DNA of 64,000 bases, taken from the human T2T-CHM13v2.0 reference genome, Homo sapiens. Positions 1 through 20,610 of the stretch are shown in pieces. Position 1 is the first letter of the stretch, and every line of letters begins with the position of its first letter. Under the pieces are notes generated by a model. It was given only the letters and a program-made list of their open reading frames with translations. It was not told where the DNA came from and did not search any database. The stretch is taken from assembly GCF_009914755.1 (NCBI RefSeq), contig NC_060929.1, one strand, 5' to 3'. Made by a program: the position numbers and the translations under genes.

Positions 1-185
1 AAGTCATCTCTAGATTACTTATAAAACCTAATACAGTGTAAGTGCTCTGTAAATAGTTGTTATGCTGTGGTGTTTAGGGAATAATGACCAAAGAAGTCTG
101 CACATGTTCAGTACAGACATCATTTTTTCCCCAGTGTATTTGACCCACAATTGGTGGAACTCATAGACACAGAGGGCTGGCTGTA
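1..185 (+). mobile_element. MER2-like (TcMar-Tigger) DNA transposon, 3' portion
   Basis: TCATCTCTAGATTACTTATAA..CCTAATACA..GTCTGCACATGTTCAGTACAGAC matches the MER2 consensus as recalled; ends ...GAGGGCTGGCTG followed by TA, the Tc1/mariner target dinucleotide. Confidence 0.75.
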
Positions 186-462
186 CTTTATTTCCCTATT
201 GTTCTTTCTCATAAAATAGAAAGTTGAAATTAATGTATACGTTTAAAGCCAACTGTTAAAACACAGCCTTATATATTTGGGTATTATTTTTTTCTGCCCA
301 CATGTTCCGACTAGATCGATGCCTTTATTAAATTTTAAGATTCAACTTCAGTTTTCATCATGATGTAGAGATATCAGTTTTATAGATTGTATGTTTATTT
401 GCCATAATTGGGTTTTCACTATTTAGATTACACCCCAAATGACAGTTTTTTTTTTTCCTTGA

Positions 463-567
<105 letters not shown>

Positions 568-890
568 TGAGTAGCTGGGATTATAGGAGCCCCCACCACG
601 CCTGGCTAATTTTTGTACTTTTAGTAAAGATGGGGTTTCGCCATGTTGGCCAGGCTGGTCTCGAACTCCTGACCTCAGGTGAGCCACTGTGCCCAGCCAT
701 GATGACAATTTTTAACAGCTATTTTAATCCACACTTACAGTCAGGATAATTCTTGCACAGACCCAGTTGGTTAAAAAAAGAAAAAGAAAATTTTAAAGGG
801 TAATTTATTTTTCAAATGGGCAATATACACACTTTTATAAAATTCAAAATGTGTAAAAGCAATATATATAGTTCTCATTCTCACCCCTAA

Positions 891-1237
<347 letters not shown>

Positions 1238-1328
1238 TGAGCCCCTGTGCCTGGCGTTTCTTGTGTATTCTTGGGAGATATTTTATGCACATGTAAAGAT
1301 GGATAGTTACGTGCTTTTTCTTTTTTAA

Positions 1329-1637
<309 letters not shown>

Positions 1638-2005
1638 TGAGCTACCGTGCCCAGCCCAAATGTACTTTTAAGAATAAAAAACTGGCCAGGCACTGTGGCT
1701 CACACCTGTAATTCCAGCACTTTGGGAGGCTGAGGCGGAAGGATCGCTTGAGTCTAGGCATTAGACACCAGCCTGGGAAACATAGTGAGACCTTGTCTCT
1801 GCATTAAAATAATAATAATAATAATAATAGGCCAGGTGCGGTGGCTCACTCCTGTAATCCCAGCACTTTGGGAGGCCGAGGTGGGCAGATCACGAGGTCA
1901 GGAGATCGAGACCATCCTGCTAACACGGTGAAACCCCATCTCTTCTAAAAATACAAAAAAAATTAGCCCGGCGTGGTGGTGGGCACCTGTAGTCCCAGCT
2001 GCTCA

Positions 2006-2107
<102 letters not shown>

Positions 2108-2139
2108 CTAAAAAAAAAATTACATTAAAAAAAATAATA

Positions 2140-2442
2140 AACAACTTTGAGATAGGGTATTACAGTAACATTTAGTGTACAATTTGAGTTTTGACAAATA
2201 TAGTTGTCCAATCTCTACCAAAATAATGATTTTGAACATTTCTATCACTCCTCAAATTTTCTTCATGTCTCTTTTATAGTTATTCCCCCCTCCAACTCCC
2301 TCCAGCCACTGGAACCATGGATCTGCTTTCTGTCACTATAGTTTTGCCTGTTCTAGAATGTCATATAAATGGAATCATACATCATGTAGCCTTATGTCTG
2401 GCTTCTTTCACTTAGCAGTATGCTTTTGAGATTCAGCTGTAT
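2140..2442 (-). mobile_element. Old L1 (L1M-type) 3' end fragment
   Basis: CTGCTTTCTGTCACTATAGTTTTGCCTGTTCTAGAATGTCATATAAATGGAATCATAC...TCTGGCTTCTTTCACTTAGCA is typical of the antisense L1MB/ME 3' UTR. Confidence 0.7.
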
Positions 2443-2925
2443 CAGTGCCATCAGCCAAGGAAGTGTTGAATGAGTGTGTTAAATGTCTATTAGCCTAAGT
2501 TTGGCTTAGGGTTTTAAAATTATATTGGCTCCTGAAATGGACTGATGGATCTTGTATTCTGCTTAGATAAATCTTAGCTCTTGAGTTAAAAACCTTGATG
2601 TTATTCAGCATGGAAAAAAGTAACTCAGTTTGAAAGGGGCAAAAGATTAAAGCGAAATCAAAAGTAAAATTCCACTTAATGAACATGGCAGGACTTCAGA
2701 ATTGTTCAATTGTTAAATTGTTAAATTCAAGTTATATTTTAATTAACAACCTGTTGCTATAGCAATGTCTTAAATAAAGCCAGGTGTTCTTAGTTATACC
2801 AACCTGTGCTGTCAGTAATATTTGAGAATGGGAACTATACAGTAGGCTATTACTTTTTTTCTTGAGATGGGCAGAAAATCTCTATTTTAGAGACATAAAA
2901 TCTAAAATTTGAGATATTTGAGTAA

Positions 2926-3171
<246 letters not shown>

Positions 3172-3607
3172 TAGCCAGGATGGTCTCGATCTCCTGACCT
3201 CGTGATCTGCCTGCCTCAGCCTCGTGCTGGGATTACAGGCATGAGTCACTGTGCCTGGCCCTTTTTCAAACTTTATTTCTGTACTTTATGCTTTGTGTAC
3301 TCCAAGCTTACAGACAGGATGAAACGACATAAGAGTCTAAATGGTTTTGGATTTAAAAAATCTTAGACTTTACTGTTTTTACTCTTGTAGTTTTAAAGTA
3401 TAATCAAAACTAGTTCTTCTTGAGAACTTTCTTTTTGTCTCAAAAACCAAGCTGAGGGGAAATGGAATATAGTATGATTTCCTGCCTTGTGATTTTTCAG
3501 GCATCCTCACCCAATAACAAGTCTCAAGTTTCTGGGCTTTTATGTTTAAAAAGCTGAGAAGCTGGTAACTGGTTGTAAAGCATTATTCCAGGTAGACCAA
3601 TCTCTGA

Positions 3608-3805
<198 letters not shown>

Positions 3806-4012
3806 TAGTACAGATGGGGTCTTGCTATGTTGGCCAGGCTGGTTTCAAGCTCCTGGCCTCAAGTGATTGGCGCCACCTTGGCCTCCCAAAGTGTTGGGAT
3901 TACAGGTGTGAGCCATCGCTCCTGGGAACTACAAAGCTCTATGGTGGCTTTTATTACTTCAGTCAGCCTTTTAAAATATATTCCTTTTTTTTTTTTTTTT
4001 TTTTTTTTTTGA

Positions 4013-4207
<195 letters not shown>

Positions 4208-4482
4208 TAGGCTGGTCTCGAACTCCTGACGTCAGGTGATCCTCCCACCTCGGCCCCACAAAGTGCTGGGATTACAAGCATGAGCCACTGTGCCCAGCCT
4301 AAAATATATTCCTTCAAAGTTTTTTCTACTTTTAGAACCCTGGTAGTGGACTTCCACTGAAAGCATATCAACTTGTCAGATGGTCCAGTATAATTTTGGA
4401 ACATTTATGACTTTAGGAGCTTGTCCCAAGTGTAACCTAATAGTTTTGAGGTACAAAAATTGGCCTTAAATTTTTTTTTTGA

Positions 4483-4596
<114 letters not shown>

Positions 4597-4638
4597 TGAG
4601 ATCATCCTGGCTAACACGGTGAAACCCTGTCTCTACTA

Positions 4639-4992
<354 letters not shown>

Positions 4993-4995
4993 TGA

Positions 4996-5208
<213 letters not shown>

Positions 5209-5436
5209 TAAGCTCTGAACAAAGCAAAAATGACCCACTTTAAAAAAATACACATTGCCTTGAAGAATCCAAAATACCTTAAAGATTCACCAATCTACTC
5301 ATCTCTTACTCTGAAGGAATGCTCTTAAGAGAGTTTCACCAGCAGGACAGAGAATATTGGTAACAATATAAACTTTAGTAATGGATAAAAGGTACATTTA
5401 TGTTGAATATATTTCTTTTCTTTCTTTTTTCTGTAG

Positions 5437-5526
<90 letters not shown>

Positions 5527-6030
5527 TAATAGCATAACAGTGGTTATTTTGTGTGAAGAAACAATTATGGTATAGGGAAGAGGCAGTGTTTAACCCTTAG
5601 TGGCCCATGAAGGGAGCAACTCTATGTTCATCCCATTATCATCTGTGTTGTTCATTACATTTTGAATCTTCTGCCAGGTATTGGCTATGTAGTTGTTCTA
5701 GTCCTCTCCTACCTTACCTTCATCCCTTCTGGGTATTTTCCTGGAGTGAAATATTTAAGCTTTTACCTACAACTAGCTATTATTCTTGAGTAAGATAATA
5801 CTAAGGATGATAGTATGTGTGTCTGTGTCTGACTTTCTACTGACTCATACTTGCGAAATCAGGTCTTTATTTATTTTTTTCTTGAGACAGGGTCTCGCTC
5901 TGTCAAGCCCGGGCTGGAGTGCAGTGGCGTGATCTCAGCTCACTGCAGCCTCTGCTTCCTGGGTTCAAGTGATTCTCGTGCCTCAGCCTCTCGAGTATCT
6001 GGGATTACAGGTGCATGCCACCACGCCTGA

Positions 6031-6186
<156 letters not shown>

Positions 6187-8800
6187 TAATGTCCAATTTA
6201 TCTGCTTAATTTTGTCTAAAAAGATGATCTTAATGCATACATTAGATGATAATTTCCTCTTTGTTCCACTTCATTTCAACATAATTTTTTCCCATATAGT
6301 GTCTTTTAACTTTTTTTAAAGAGGGGATATTTGAATGAGACTATGCTATGTGATGTAAAACTAATTCACAAAAAACTGTAACATTTGGTTGGGTGTGATG
6401 GCTCATGTCCCTAATCCCAGCACTTTAGGAGACCGAGGCAGGTGAATCAATTGAGCCCAGGAGTTCAAGACCAGCTTGGTCAACATGGTGAAGCCCTGTC
6501 TCTACAAAAAACACACAAAAAAATTAGCCGGGTATGTTGGTGCATGCTGGTAGTCCGAGCTACTTGGAAGGCTAAGGTGGGAGGTTTGCTTTAGCCTGAG
6601 CCTGGGTAGCAGAGTTTACAGTGAGCCAGGACCATGCCACTGCACTCCAGCTTGGGCGACAGAGTGAGACGCTGTCTCAAAAAATAAAAACAGGACGGGG
6701 CGTCATGGCTCATGCCTCTAATTCCAGCACTTTGAAAGGCCGAGGCGGGCGGATCACGAGGTCAGAGTTTGAGACCATCCTGGCCAAGATGGTGAAACCC
6801 CGCCTCTACTAAAAATAGAAAAAAATTTAGCCAGGCATGGTGACAGGCGCCTGTAATCCCACCTACTTGGGAGGTTGAGGCAGACAACTGCTTGAATCCA
6901 GGAGGCAGAGGTTGCAGTGAGCTGAGATTGTGCCACTGCACTCCAGCCTGCGTGACAGAGTGAGACTTACTCTCAAAAAAAAAAAAAAGAAAAAAAAATT
7001 TGTAACATTTAACAAATATTTTAAAGTATGCATACTTACAAACACTTGTGTAAATATGTAGATTCAGACCAAAATGAGTACATGGTTAAATTAGCTTATG
7101 TTTAATATTTTTTTGTTTGTTTGTTTTGTTTTTTAAGATGGAGTCTCACTCTGTTGCCCGTGCTGGAGTGCAGTGGCGTGACCTCGGCTCACTGCAAGCT
7201 CCGCCTCCTGGGTTCATGCCATTCTCCTGCCTCAGCCTTCCAAGTAGCTTGGATTACAGGCACCTGCCACCACACCTGGCTAGTTTTTGTATTTTTAGTA
7301 GAGACGGGGTTTCGCCATGTTGGCGAGGCTGGTCTTGAATTCCTGACCTTAGGTGATCCACCTGCCTTGGCCTCCCAAAGTTCTGGAATTACAGGCGTGA
7401 GCTACTGCGCCTGGCCTCAAATTGTTTTTTCCTGATTTTTCTTAATAATGTTGTGTCTGGGCCCAGCCCAGTGGCTCACACCTGTAATCTCAGTGCTTTG
7501 GGAGGCTGAGGCAGGCAGATCACTTGAGCCCAGGAGTGCGAGACCAGCCTGGGCAACATGGTGAAACCCTCTCTCTACAAAAAAATACAAAAATTAGCCT
7601 GGCCTGGTGGTGCATGCCTGTAGCCCCAGCTACTCAGGAGTTTAAGGTGGGAGGATCGCTTGAGTCCAGGCAGTTGAGGCTGTAGTGAGCCAAGGTTGCA
7701 CAACTGCACTCCAGCCTGGGCAACGGGAGCGAGACTCTCTCAAAACAAAAACAACAACAACAACAACAAAAAACGGAAAAAAAGAATGTGTCTGGTCTGC
7801 TAAATCCTGAAGAATCAAAGCAAGGCCCTTTCACAAGGATTACTTTACAAATAGATAAATATTATAAATTATGAGTCTAAGTACATGTCATGAAAAAACT
7901 CATTTACATTATTATATTCTGACTTACCTAGCGTGAGTAACTATAGTATTTGGTACCAAACAAGGCAGGCTAAGTACTTAAACTATACAAAATAATTTAG
8001 TAAGTGCTGTTACACACGTTGTCTCATTTAAGCCTTACAACAACTCATTTAGGTGAGTGGAGTAGAAATTTTAAATTGTTTTAGAAAAAAGTCCCATGAG
8101 AATCTCATGGAGATTCTCCATGTGAACTCACTCTCAGGTTTTCTGATTCTAGTTTGTCCTTCCACTGTATCATATGGGCCACATACATCAGTGTACTCTT
8201 TCTATTCAGTTGGAAAAGTGCTTTTAGGTAAATTCCTCCAAGTTAAGAATGGCTGAAAATCTTTAATTAAAAGTGGTTGGAGTCAGGGGATTTGATTTCA
8301 ATTTTGAAGTTTTCTTTAGCATGCTAAAGTAATTTGTCTTTGCTTTGCTTCTGCCATAGTTAGCACTATACATTTCTTTCTCAGGTTGAAAAATTGTTCC
8401 CTTTGGAGAGTTAAATAAAACTCTCCCACAGCCGAGTGCGATGGTTCACGTCTGTAATCCTAGCACTTTGGGAGGCCAGGAGTTCAAGACCAGCCTGGCC
8501 AACATGGTGAAACCCTGTCTCTACTAAAAATACAAAAATTAGCTGGGCGCGGTGGCGCCTGCCTATAATCCCAGCTACCTAGGAGGCTGAGGCAGGAGAA
8601 TCGTTGGAACTGGGAGGCGGAGGTTGTGGTGAGCCGAGATCCCGCCACTACACTCCAGCCTGGGTGACAGAGTGAGACTCTGTCTCCGAAAAAAAAAAAA
8701 AAAAAAAAAAAGGCTGGGTGTGGTGTCTCACGTCTGTACGCCTGTAATGCCAGCACTTTGGGAGGCCGAGGCAGGTGGATTACCTGAGGCCAGGAATTCA

Positions 8801-9665
<865 letters not shown>

Positions 9666-10168
9666 AGAGCCAGGCACAGTGGCTCATGCCTGTAATCCCA
9701 GCTACTGGGGAGACTGAGACTGGAGGATCACTTGAGGCCAGGAGTTTTATGCCAGCCTGGGCAACAAAGCAAGACCCCATCTTTAAAACTAAAAATTAGC
9801 TGGGAGTGGTGGCTCATGGCTGTAGTCCCACCTACTCACAAGGCTGAGGCAGGAGGAACACCTGAGCCCAGAAGTTTGAGGCTGCAGTGAGCTATGATTT
9901 GGCCACTATACTCTAGCTTGGATGACAGGTTGAGACCCAGTCTCTAAAAAAAAAAAAAAACAAGTATTGATCAGATCTTTCTGATGAACCCCACATAAGA
10001 GTACATCAAGTATGATTGGATAGCTAAATGTCCTTTTGTCATTTTATTTTTGTTATAAGGAGTCAGAATTTAATCTTAGAAGAAGGAAGAGAGAAACTGT
10101 TGGCCTTTTGAAACTTTTGAGCTCCTTTTGACTATCCTGGTACCCAAATCCCTCAGTACCACATGTTA

Positions 10169-10298
10169 TTGATATTTAGTGTAAAAATAAAGTGGAGACT
10201 TGTGCTTTATTTTAAAACATCCAGATTTTAATGTTGATATTTAGTATAAAAATAAAGTAGAGATCTGTGCTTTATTTTAAAACATCCAGATTTTAATG
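10169..10298. repeat. Tandem duplication, 2 x 65 bp
   Basis: TTGATATTTAGT(G/A)TAAAAATAAAGT(G/A)GAGA..TGTGCTTTATTTTAAAACATCCAGATTTTAATG starts at 10169 and again at 10234. Confidence 0.95.
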
Positions 10299-10549
10299 TA
10301 CTAGTAAATTTTTTTTCACTTTCCTGCAAAGATCTGGTAAGCAGGAAGAAATGTACATCCTGAAAGAAGTAAGCAGCCGGGCCCGGTGGCTCACGCCTGT
10401 AATCCCAACACTTTGGGAGGCCGAGGCGGGCGGATCACGAGGTCAGGAGATTGAGACCATCCTGGCTAACATGGTGAAACCCCGTCTCTACTAAAAATAC
10501 AAAAAATTAGCCGGGCTTGGTGGCAGGTGCCTGTAGTCCCAGCTATTCA

Positions 10550-10973
<424 letters not shown>

Positions 10974-11392
10974 TAAAAAAAAAAATTGTAGCAATAGGGT
11001 CTCACCATGTTTCCTACGCTGGTCTTGAAATCCTGGGCTCAAGTGATCCTCCTGCCTCTGCCTCCCAAAGCCCTGTGATTGCAGCTGCGAGCTACCGCAC
11101 CCAGCTTTCTTTTCTTTTGAACAGTTGGTAAATGTGACTCTCTTGAGATCTGTGCATTCAAGTGTAGGTCTCTGGGGATTCAGTCTCATACTATCAAATA
11201 TTCTCACTGTCCCCTGCTGTTTTGTTTGTTTGTTTGTTTTTTTGAGATGGAGTCTCACTCTGTTGCCCGGGCTGGAGTGCAGTGGCGCAATCTCGGCTCA
11301 CTGAAACCTCTGCGTCCCAGGTTCAAGCAATTCTCCTGTCTCCGCCTCCCAAGTAGCTGGGATTACAGGCATGCACCACCACGACCGACTAA

Positions 11393-11605
<213 letters not shown>

Positions 11606-11863
11606 TAAAACAGATTATGTAACTTTCAGTTTGTGTAATTTGGTTTGATAGTATTAAACCAACATAGTGCTGGGAACTTATTTTTGTTTTTTACTATCAA
11701 AACTTTTTATTTTGGTCAATTTTGATCAATCCTAAGATGGATCATTAAATGAAAGATTTTTGAAACAGATGTTTATGTAAAATGTAGCAATATTTTATGC
11801 TTATGGTCCAGTATTTCATTCAGTAACTATTTTGGGGGTCCTTTTTACTTGAACCTCTAGTAA

Positions 11864-12088
<225 letters not shown>

Positions 12089-12761
12089 TGAACTCCTGAC
12101 CTCGTGATTGGTCTGCCCCGGCCTCCCAAAGTGCTGGGATTACAGGCGTGAGCCACCACGCCTAGCCTACTTGAGCTATTTCTAAAAACATTGTAATGTG
12201 AGGCAGGTTTGGTATTCTGTCACTAGCTTCTCTGATTTATACTTCTGCCTATAAGAGCTAAGAGTCTAGAAAGGCTTCCAGAGAGTAACCTAAATCAGTG
12301 GTTTTAGTAGGTATCTTTATATTCAACCAGTGTGACAAAATTCTCAATTAAGATTTAAATGGTAGGTCTTTAAATGCTTTAATTACATTCATGTGAATGG
12401 GTTTTAGTTTCTCTTTCTCTGCCTTTTTTTGGTACTGTAGATTCTAGATCATTTTATGAGAGCCATAAAGATTATTTGTCTTGGTTGCTGCATTAGTAAT
12501 TTTCTTCTTCCTTTTCCTTCTGCTATTTTAAAGACTTAGCCCTGTGTATGTGTTTTTGCTCATTTTTTTGATGATGGAATTTGACCTTAATAACAGTGAA
12601 GACAAATTAACATAGTGTTATTAGAATGTGAATAGGTTTTTATTCAGAGTTTAATGCCAATGGATTACATATGTTTAGTCCTGTTGGAATGTTAAACAGA
12701 TATGATCTACTAAATTAAATAGATATGGATTACAGATGAGATCATCTATGATGTTGAGTTA

Positions 12762-13097
<336 letters not shown>

Positions 13098-14352
13098 TTA
13101 AATATACAATATGCTAGAGTATCTCTAACTTTTTGTAGCGTGGGTATGAAAGATTGCAATATTAGTTGAAAATATTTATTTTTTTCCCCATCTTCTATCA
13201 AGAAGGGTATTCTGGCCCGGCGTGGTAGCTCACGGCTGTAATCCTAGCACTTTGGGAGACCAAGGTGGGCGGATTGCCTGAGCTCAGGAGTTTGAGACCA
13301 GTCTGGGCAACGTGACAAAACCCCATCTCTACTAAAAATACAAAAAATTAGCCGGGTGAGGTGTTGCACACCTGTAATCCCAGCTACTTGGGAAGCTGAA
13401 GCAGGAGAATTGCTTGAACCTGGGAGGCAGAGGTTACAGTGAGCTCAGATTGTGCCATTGCACTCCAGCCTTGACAAAGTGAGACTGTCTCAAAAAAAGA
13501 AAGAAAAAAAAGAAGGGTATTCTGGGTATTCTGGCTGGGCACTGCTGGTGGCTCATGCCTATATTCCCAGCAGTTTGGGGGGTCAAGGCAGGCAGATCGC
13601 TTGAGCCCAGGAGTTTGAGACCAGCCTGGGCAACATGGGAAGACCCCGTCTCTATTTTAAAAAAAAAAGAAGAAGAAGGGTATTCTTTCCATAATTATAA
13701 ACATTGGCAGCTTGTTGGCATTTCTGCTTCAACCCTGTTGGGGATTCTGCGTTGTCCAATTGTTAGTAGATTTTGATCCCACAGCCTATTTGTGCTTTGT
13801 TTGTGTTAGTAGGAAGAACAGGGAATCACAAAAAAGGAAATATTTAGCTAAAAATTTCTGATTTAAGGCCGGGCCTGGTGGCTTATGCCTGTAATCTCAG
13901 CACTTTGGGAGGCCAGGGTGGGTGGATCACCTGAAGTCAGGAGTTCGAGACCAGCCTAACCAACATGGTGAAACCCAGTCTCCACTAAAAATACAGCAAA
14001 ATTAGTCAGGTGTGGTGGCACACACCTGTAATCCCAGCTACTCAGGGAGCTGAGGCAGGAGAATTGCCTGAACCTGGGAGGCGGAGGTTGCAGTGAGCAA
14101 AGATCGCACCACTGCACTCCAGCCCAGGCGACAGAGCGAGACTCCATCTCAAAAAAAAAAAAATTCTGATTTAAATTTTTCTAATAACTTCTTAAGTCTG
14201 GTAGTAGTATTAGCAGGAAAAGAAAAAGATTGATCCTGAAAAGACTAGTGAAGATCTTGAATTAGTACCTAAATGGTTAATGGAAAATTTAATTTTTTTA
14301 ATTGTCTCAATATTTTTATATTTTGTCTGGGTGTGGTGACCCACACCTATAA

Positions 14353-14747
<395 letters not shown>

Positions 14748-14778
14748 TAAAAAAAAAAAAAAATTAATATTTTATTAA

Positions 14779-15055
<277 letters not shown>

Positions 15056-15931
15056 TGAACTCCTGGCCTCATGATTCATCTGCCTCAGACTACCAAAGTG
15101 CTGGGATTACAGGTGTGAGCCGCTGCGCCTGGCCTTAAGTGCTTTCTTAAAAAATAGTTTAGTGTATTTTAATAGCAAACTCAAAGGAACAGTACAGAGA
15201 CAGACAACATTAAAAACATACTTGCATGTAGGGCAACTCAGAAAAATAGAGTGAATGAATGAAGAGTCTACCATACGATAAAAACGCTACAAACACCATT
15301 TAGTTGCCATCAATAAAAATTTACGGCCGGGCACAGTGGCTCACGCCTGTAATCCCAGCACTTTGGGAGGTCGAAGTGGGCGGATCATAAGGTCAGGAGT
15401 TTGAGACCAGCCTGTCCAACATAGTGAAACCCCGTCTCTACTAAAAATACAAAAATTAGCCTGGTGTGGTGGTGTGTGCCTGTAATCCCAGCTACTCAGG
15501 AGGCTGAGGCAGGAGAATTGCTGAACCCGGGAGCCAGAGGTTGCAGTGAGCTGAGATCATGCCATTGCACTCCAGCCTGGGCAACAGAGCGAGACTCCGT
15601 CTCAAAAAAAAAATATATTTTTTTTTTTGCTTGATATGAAAAAAATCCAGGAGGGTCTGGGCACAGTGGCTTATACCTGTAATCCCAGCACTTTGGGAGG
15701 CTGAGGTGAGGGGATTGCTTGAGCATAGGAGTTCGAGACCAGCCTGGGCAACGTAACAAAATCCCGTCTCTACAGAAAATAGAAAAATTAGCTGGGTATG
15801 GTCCCAGCTACTTGGGAGGCTGAGACAGGAGGATCATTTAAGCCTGGGAGGTGGAGGTTGAGCTGAGGTTGCGCCCTTTACTCCAGTCTGGGTGACAAGG
15901 AGTAAAACCCTGTCTCAAAATAAATAAATCT

Positions 15932-16737
<806 letters not shown>

Positions 16738-18826
16738 TCCAACTGCTAGCATTGTCCAGAAAAAATTTACAGGTATGTTTATAATTGTTATAAAGGTGAA
16801 CTGCTGAAACTTGTTCACCGAAATAGTTTGACTTGAATTAATGCTTTACATCCTCAATTTTATATTAGAAATTCACACACAAGTTAAAATGGAAAAACTG
16901 CCAATACCTGATTTCTGTCCCCTGTTTTTCCACTCGCAGTCATATATGTAGTTACCTTTTGACCCCGTGGGGGAAAATACATCTAACAGAGAACTATCAA
17001 TAACAGAAAGAAGAAAAATAATTGTTTTTTTTTTTTTTTTTTGAACATGAAATGTTTCCCAATCTTAAGCACAGTCTCCATGTAATTGGCATGCTAGCTG
17101 GATGTCTTTTGGCATACTTGTTACATATTTGGCATGAGTTACACATAAGTTGGTGTCTTCATAAAGGCTCATCAGATAGGCCTCACTTGCCTCCTGCAAA
17201 GTAACAAAAGCCAGAAGTGTAGATTTGTTTCGAAGTCCTGAGCAACTTCTTGTATCAGATGCTGGAAAGGAAGTTTGCTAATCAGAATTCAGTGGACTTC
17301 TGATGAGATCTGTTTTCACAGAGTACCACAGTACCAGACCTGTAGCAGTGAGGTTTCTTTACTCTTCCAGTAAAGGGTGCACTCCTGTGAGTGACTTCTG
17401 TAGCTAATTGCTTCCTGGGTGCTTTACCACTGGGCCAATTTGCTGGTAATCTGCCTTGTACTAGTCATGATCTAGAGGCCCCCTTACTTATCCCCCTTCT
17501 CAGCAGACATTAGAGATGAGGGCGCCACTGTGGCAGGCAGTGCCTGAGAACACTTAAAAGCAGTGCTTTCTTACTATCTTACCCAACTCTTACAGCTTTG
17601 AGTGGAAATGCAGGTACAATTAATACTCTTCCATTATAACCACAAATTTAAATAACAGGAAAGAATTAAGTAGAAGAACAGGTCCCTTGACCAGTTGGTC
17701 ATACTTTTGTCTAATAGTGTTTTTAGTCTTGTTATTGGGGGTTGTTAATTCTAGTTATCAATGTTTTATTTACTCAAATTGTAAGTATATTTGTGATTAA
17801 AAATAGAGTGAGACTCGTGTATGTGTGCATGCATGCGTGTGAGCATGTGCGTGTGTGTGTTTTAGTCTTGTTTTTAATTTTTTTCAGAAACAGGGTCTTG
17901 CTATGTTGCCTGGGCTGGACTTGAACTCCTGGGCTCAAGTCATCCTCCCATCTCAGCCTCCTGAGTAGGTGGGACTACAGGTGCCCACTTTTGTGTCTTT
18001 AAACAACATACAAGGGGCTTTTTATAGGACTTCCCTTGAAGATACTAGGTCCAGTTTTAGTGGCCCAGAATGGCTTTGTCCTTGGCTTACTCAGTCCATT
18101 AAATGGTCAGCAGAGAGTAATATAAGTGTTTGTAAGTACTAGTGAGGGCTAATCTAAGGAAGGGAGCCTCAGCAATTCCTATCCTTTACCTTTAACCCCT
18201 AATCAACAAGCTGCTATTTTTAGGTTCAAGTCCCAGTGAGCAACAAACCAACTTTAGGGATTAATTTGATATTAAGGAGGTTGGAAGGAACTTTAGGATT
18301 TGGACTGACATTCTGGTGGATTTTTATATGGCTTCTTAGTCTTCATGTTTCTTCTACCTTGTGACAAGAGTTACCTGGTTTGGGTTGTTCAAATATAACC
18401 CCAGTGACAACTTCCCTTAGGTTGCTCAGATCATAGTATGAATGGTAAGTGTGCTAAGTAGTAGCTTAATTATAAGTAAAAACTCTGGCTTTTGATCTCT
18501 CATGATGCACTTAGTAGCATGAGAACATGGAACAAGCATCATTTTCTGCATTTGGAAGATATTTATTTATTGAACAAGTTTATAACTTATTAGAAGTATC
18601 CCTGGAGCTTGTAATCAACCTTGGGCTTTCAGCTAATATTTTCTTCTTAAATTTTACTCCTTTTTTCTCTTTTTTCCTCTTTAACTTATCCTTTACATTA
18701 GGAGAGATGTTTTTCTTTCTTTAATGAGGGCCAGTAATGTACAGACCTACACAAGAGTTTTTAGAAATTTTTTCTCCTTGTTAAAACCAGTCTTTCTTAA
18801 TTTGAGTATTATCTACCTTGACTTTA

Positions 18827-19177
<351 letters not shown>

Positions 19178-19648
19178 TTACCCTGTGAGGTAAAGAAATA
19201 ACTGTTTAAAAGTAGAACTGTAAGCCTTGTCAAGAAGTTTGTCTACCTGACATGAAGTTTCAAGAAGTTTTAGCCCAAATACTTTCGGTTTTTTTTGTTT
19301 TTGTTTTTGAGAGAGTCTTGCAGTGGCGCAGTCATGGCTCATTGCAGCCTCCACTTCTCAGGCTCAAGCAGTCCTCTCACCTCAGCTTCTGGAAGTGTTG
19401 GGATTACAGGTGTGAGCCACCACACCTGGCTCTAAATATTTTTCATTGAGCACCTTATCAGTGTTCTAGGCCATTCTAGTCATTTTTCTTGTTTCTTTAG
19501 ACTGTTAATTTATGTTCCTCATCTTGCTCATACTCATTATCATATTATTTATAAATGAATTTGGATTAGAAGGGGAATGATATGTTACTATGGCGTAGAT
19601 ACAATGTAGATATTGTTACATGGTGACTTTTTTCTTGTTATTTTTCAG

Positions 19649-19680
19649 TGTTCCATTGGCAAGCTACAATAATGGGGCCA
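19649..19680 (+). CDS. UBE2D2: UBE2D2 coding exon 3 (32 nt), (M)FHWQATIMGP
   Basis: TTTTTCAG acceptor, GTAAGT donor at 19681; phase matches exon 2. Confidence 0.97.
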
Positions 19681-19735
19681 GTAAGTATTCAGATTAATTT
19701 CAGAATAAACAGTTTATGTAATTTACTCATTTTAA

Positions 19736-19891
<156 letters not shown>

Positions 19892-19923
19892 TAGTTTACA
19901 GAAAGTTTCCTTTCTTTCTGTAG

Positions 19924-20055
<132 letters not shown>

Positions 20056-20328
20056 TAAAGCAACCGTGTCTTTTGTCTTTTTAGAGTTATTTATTTTTGA
20101 AAAGATTACTTATGTTTCTTTTAAGAAGAGATAGCAATTCTTCTTAATCTGAAATGGACCTTGAGAACTGAAAACGAGTTGGATTTTTCAAGCAAAAGTA
20201 TTCCTTGGTGTAGTGACTAGTCTGTCAGTTGTGCTACTCTAGCATAGGTTAGAAGATGAACACTGGGCCTGGTGCCGTGGCTCATGCCTGTAATCTCAGC
20301 ACTTTGGGAGGCCGAGGCGGGCAGATCA

Positions 20329-20610
<282 letters not shown>

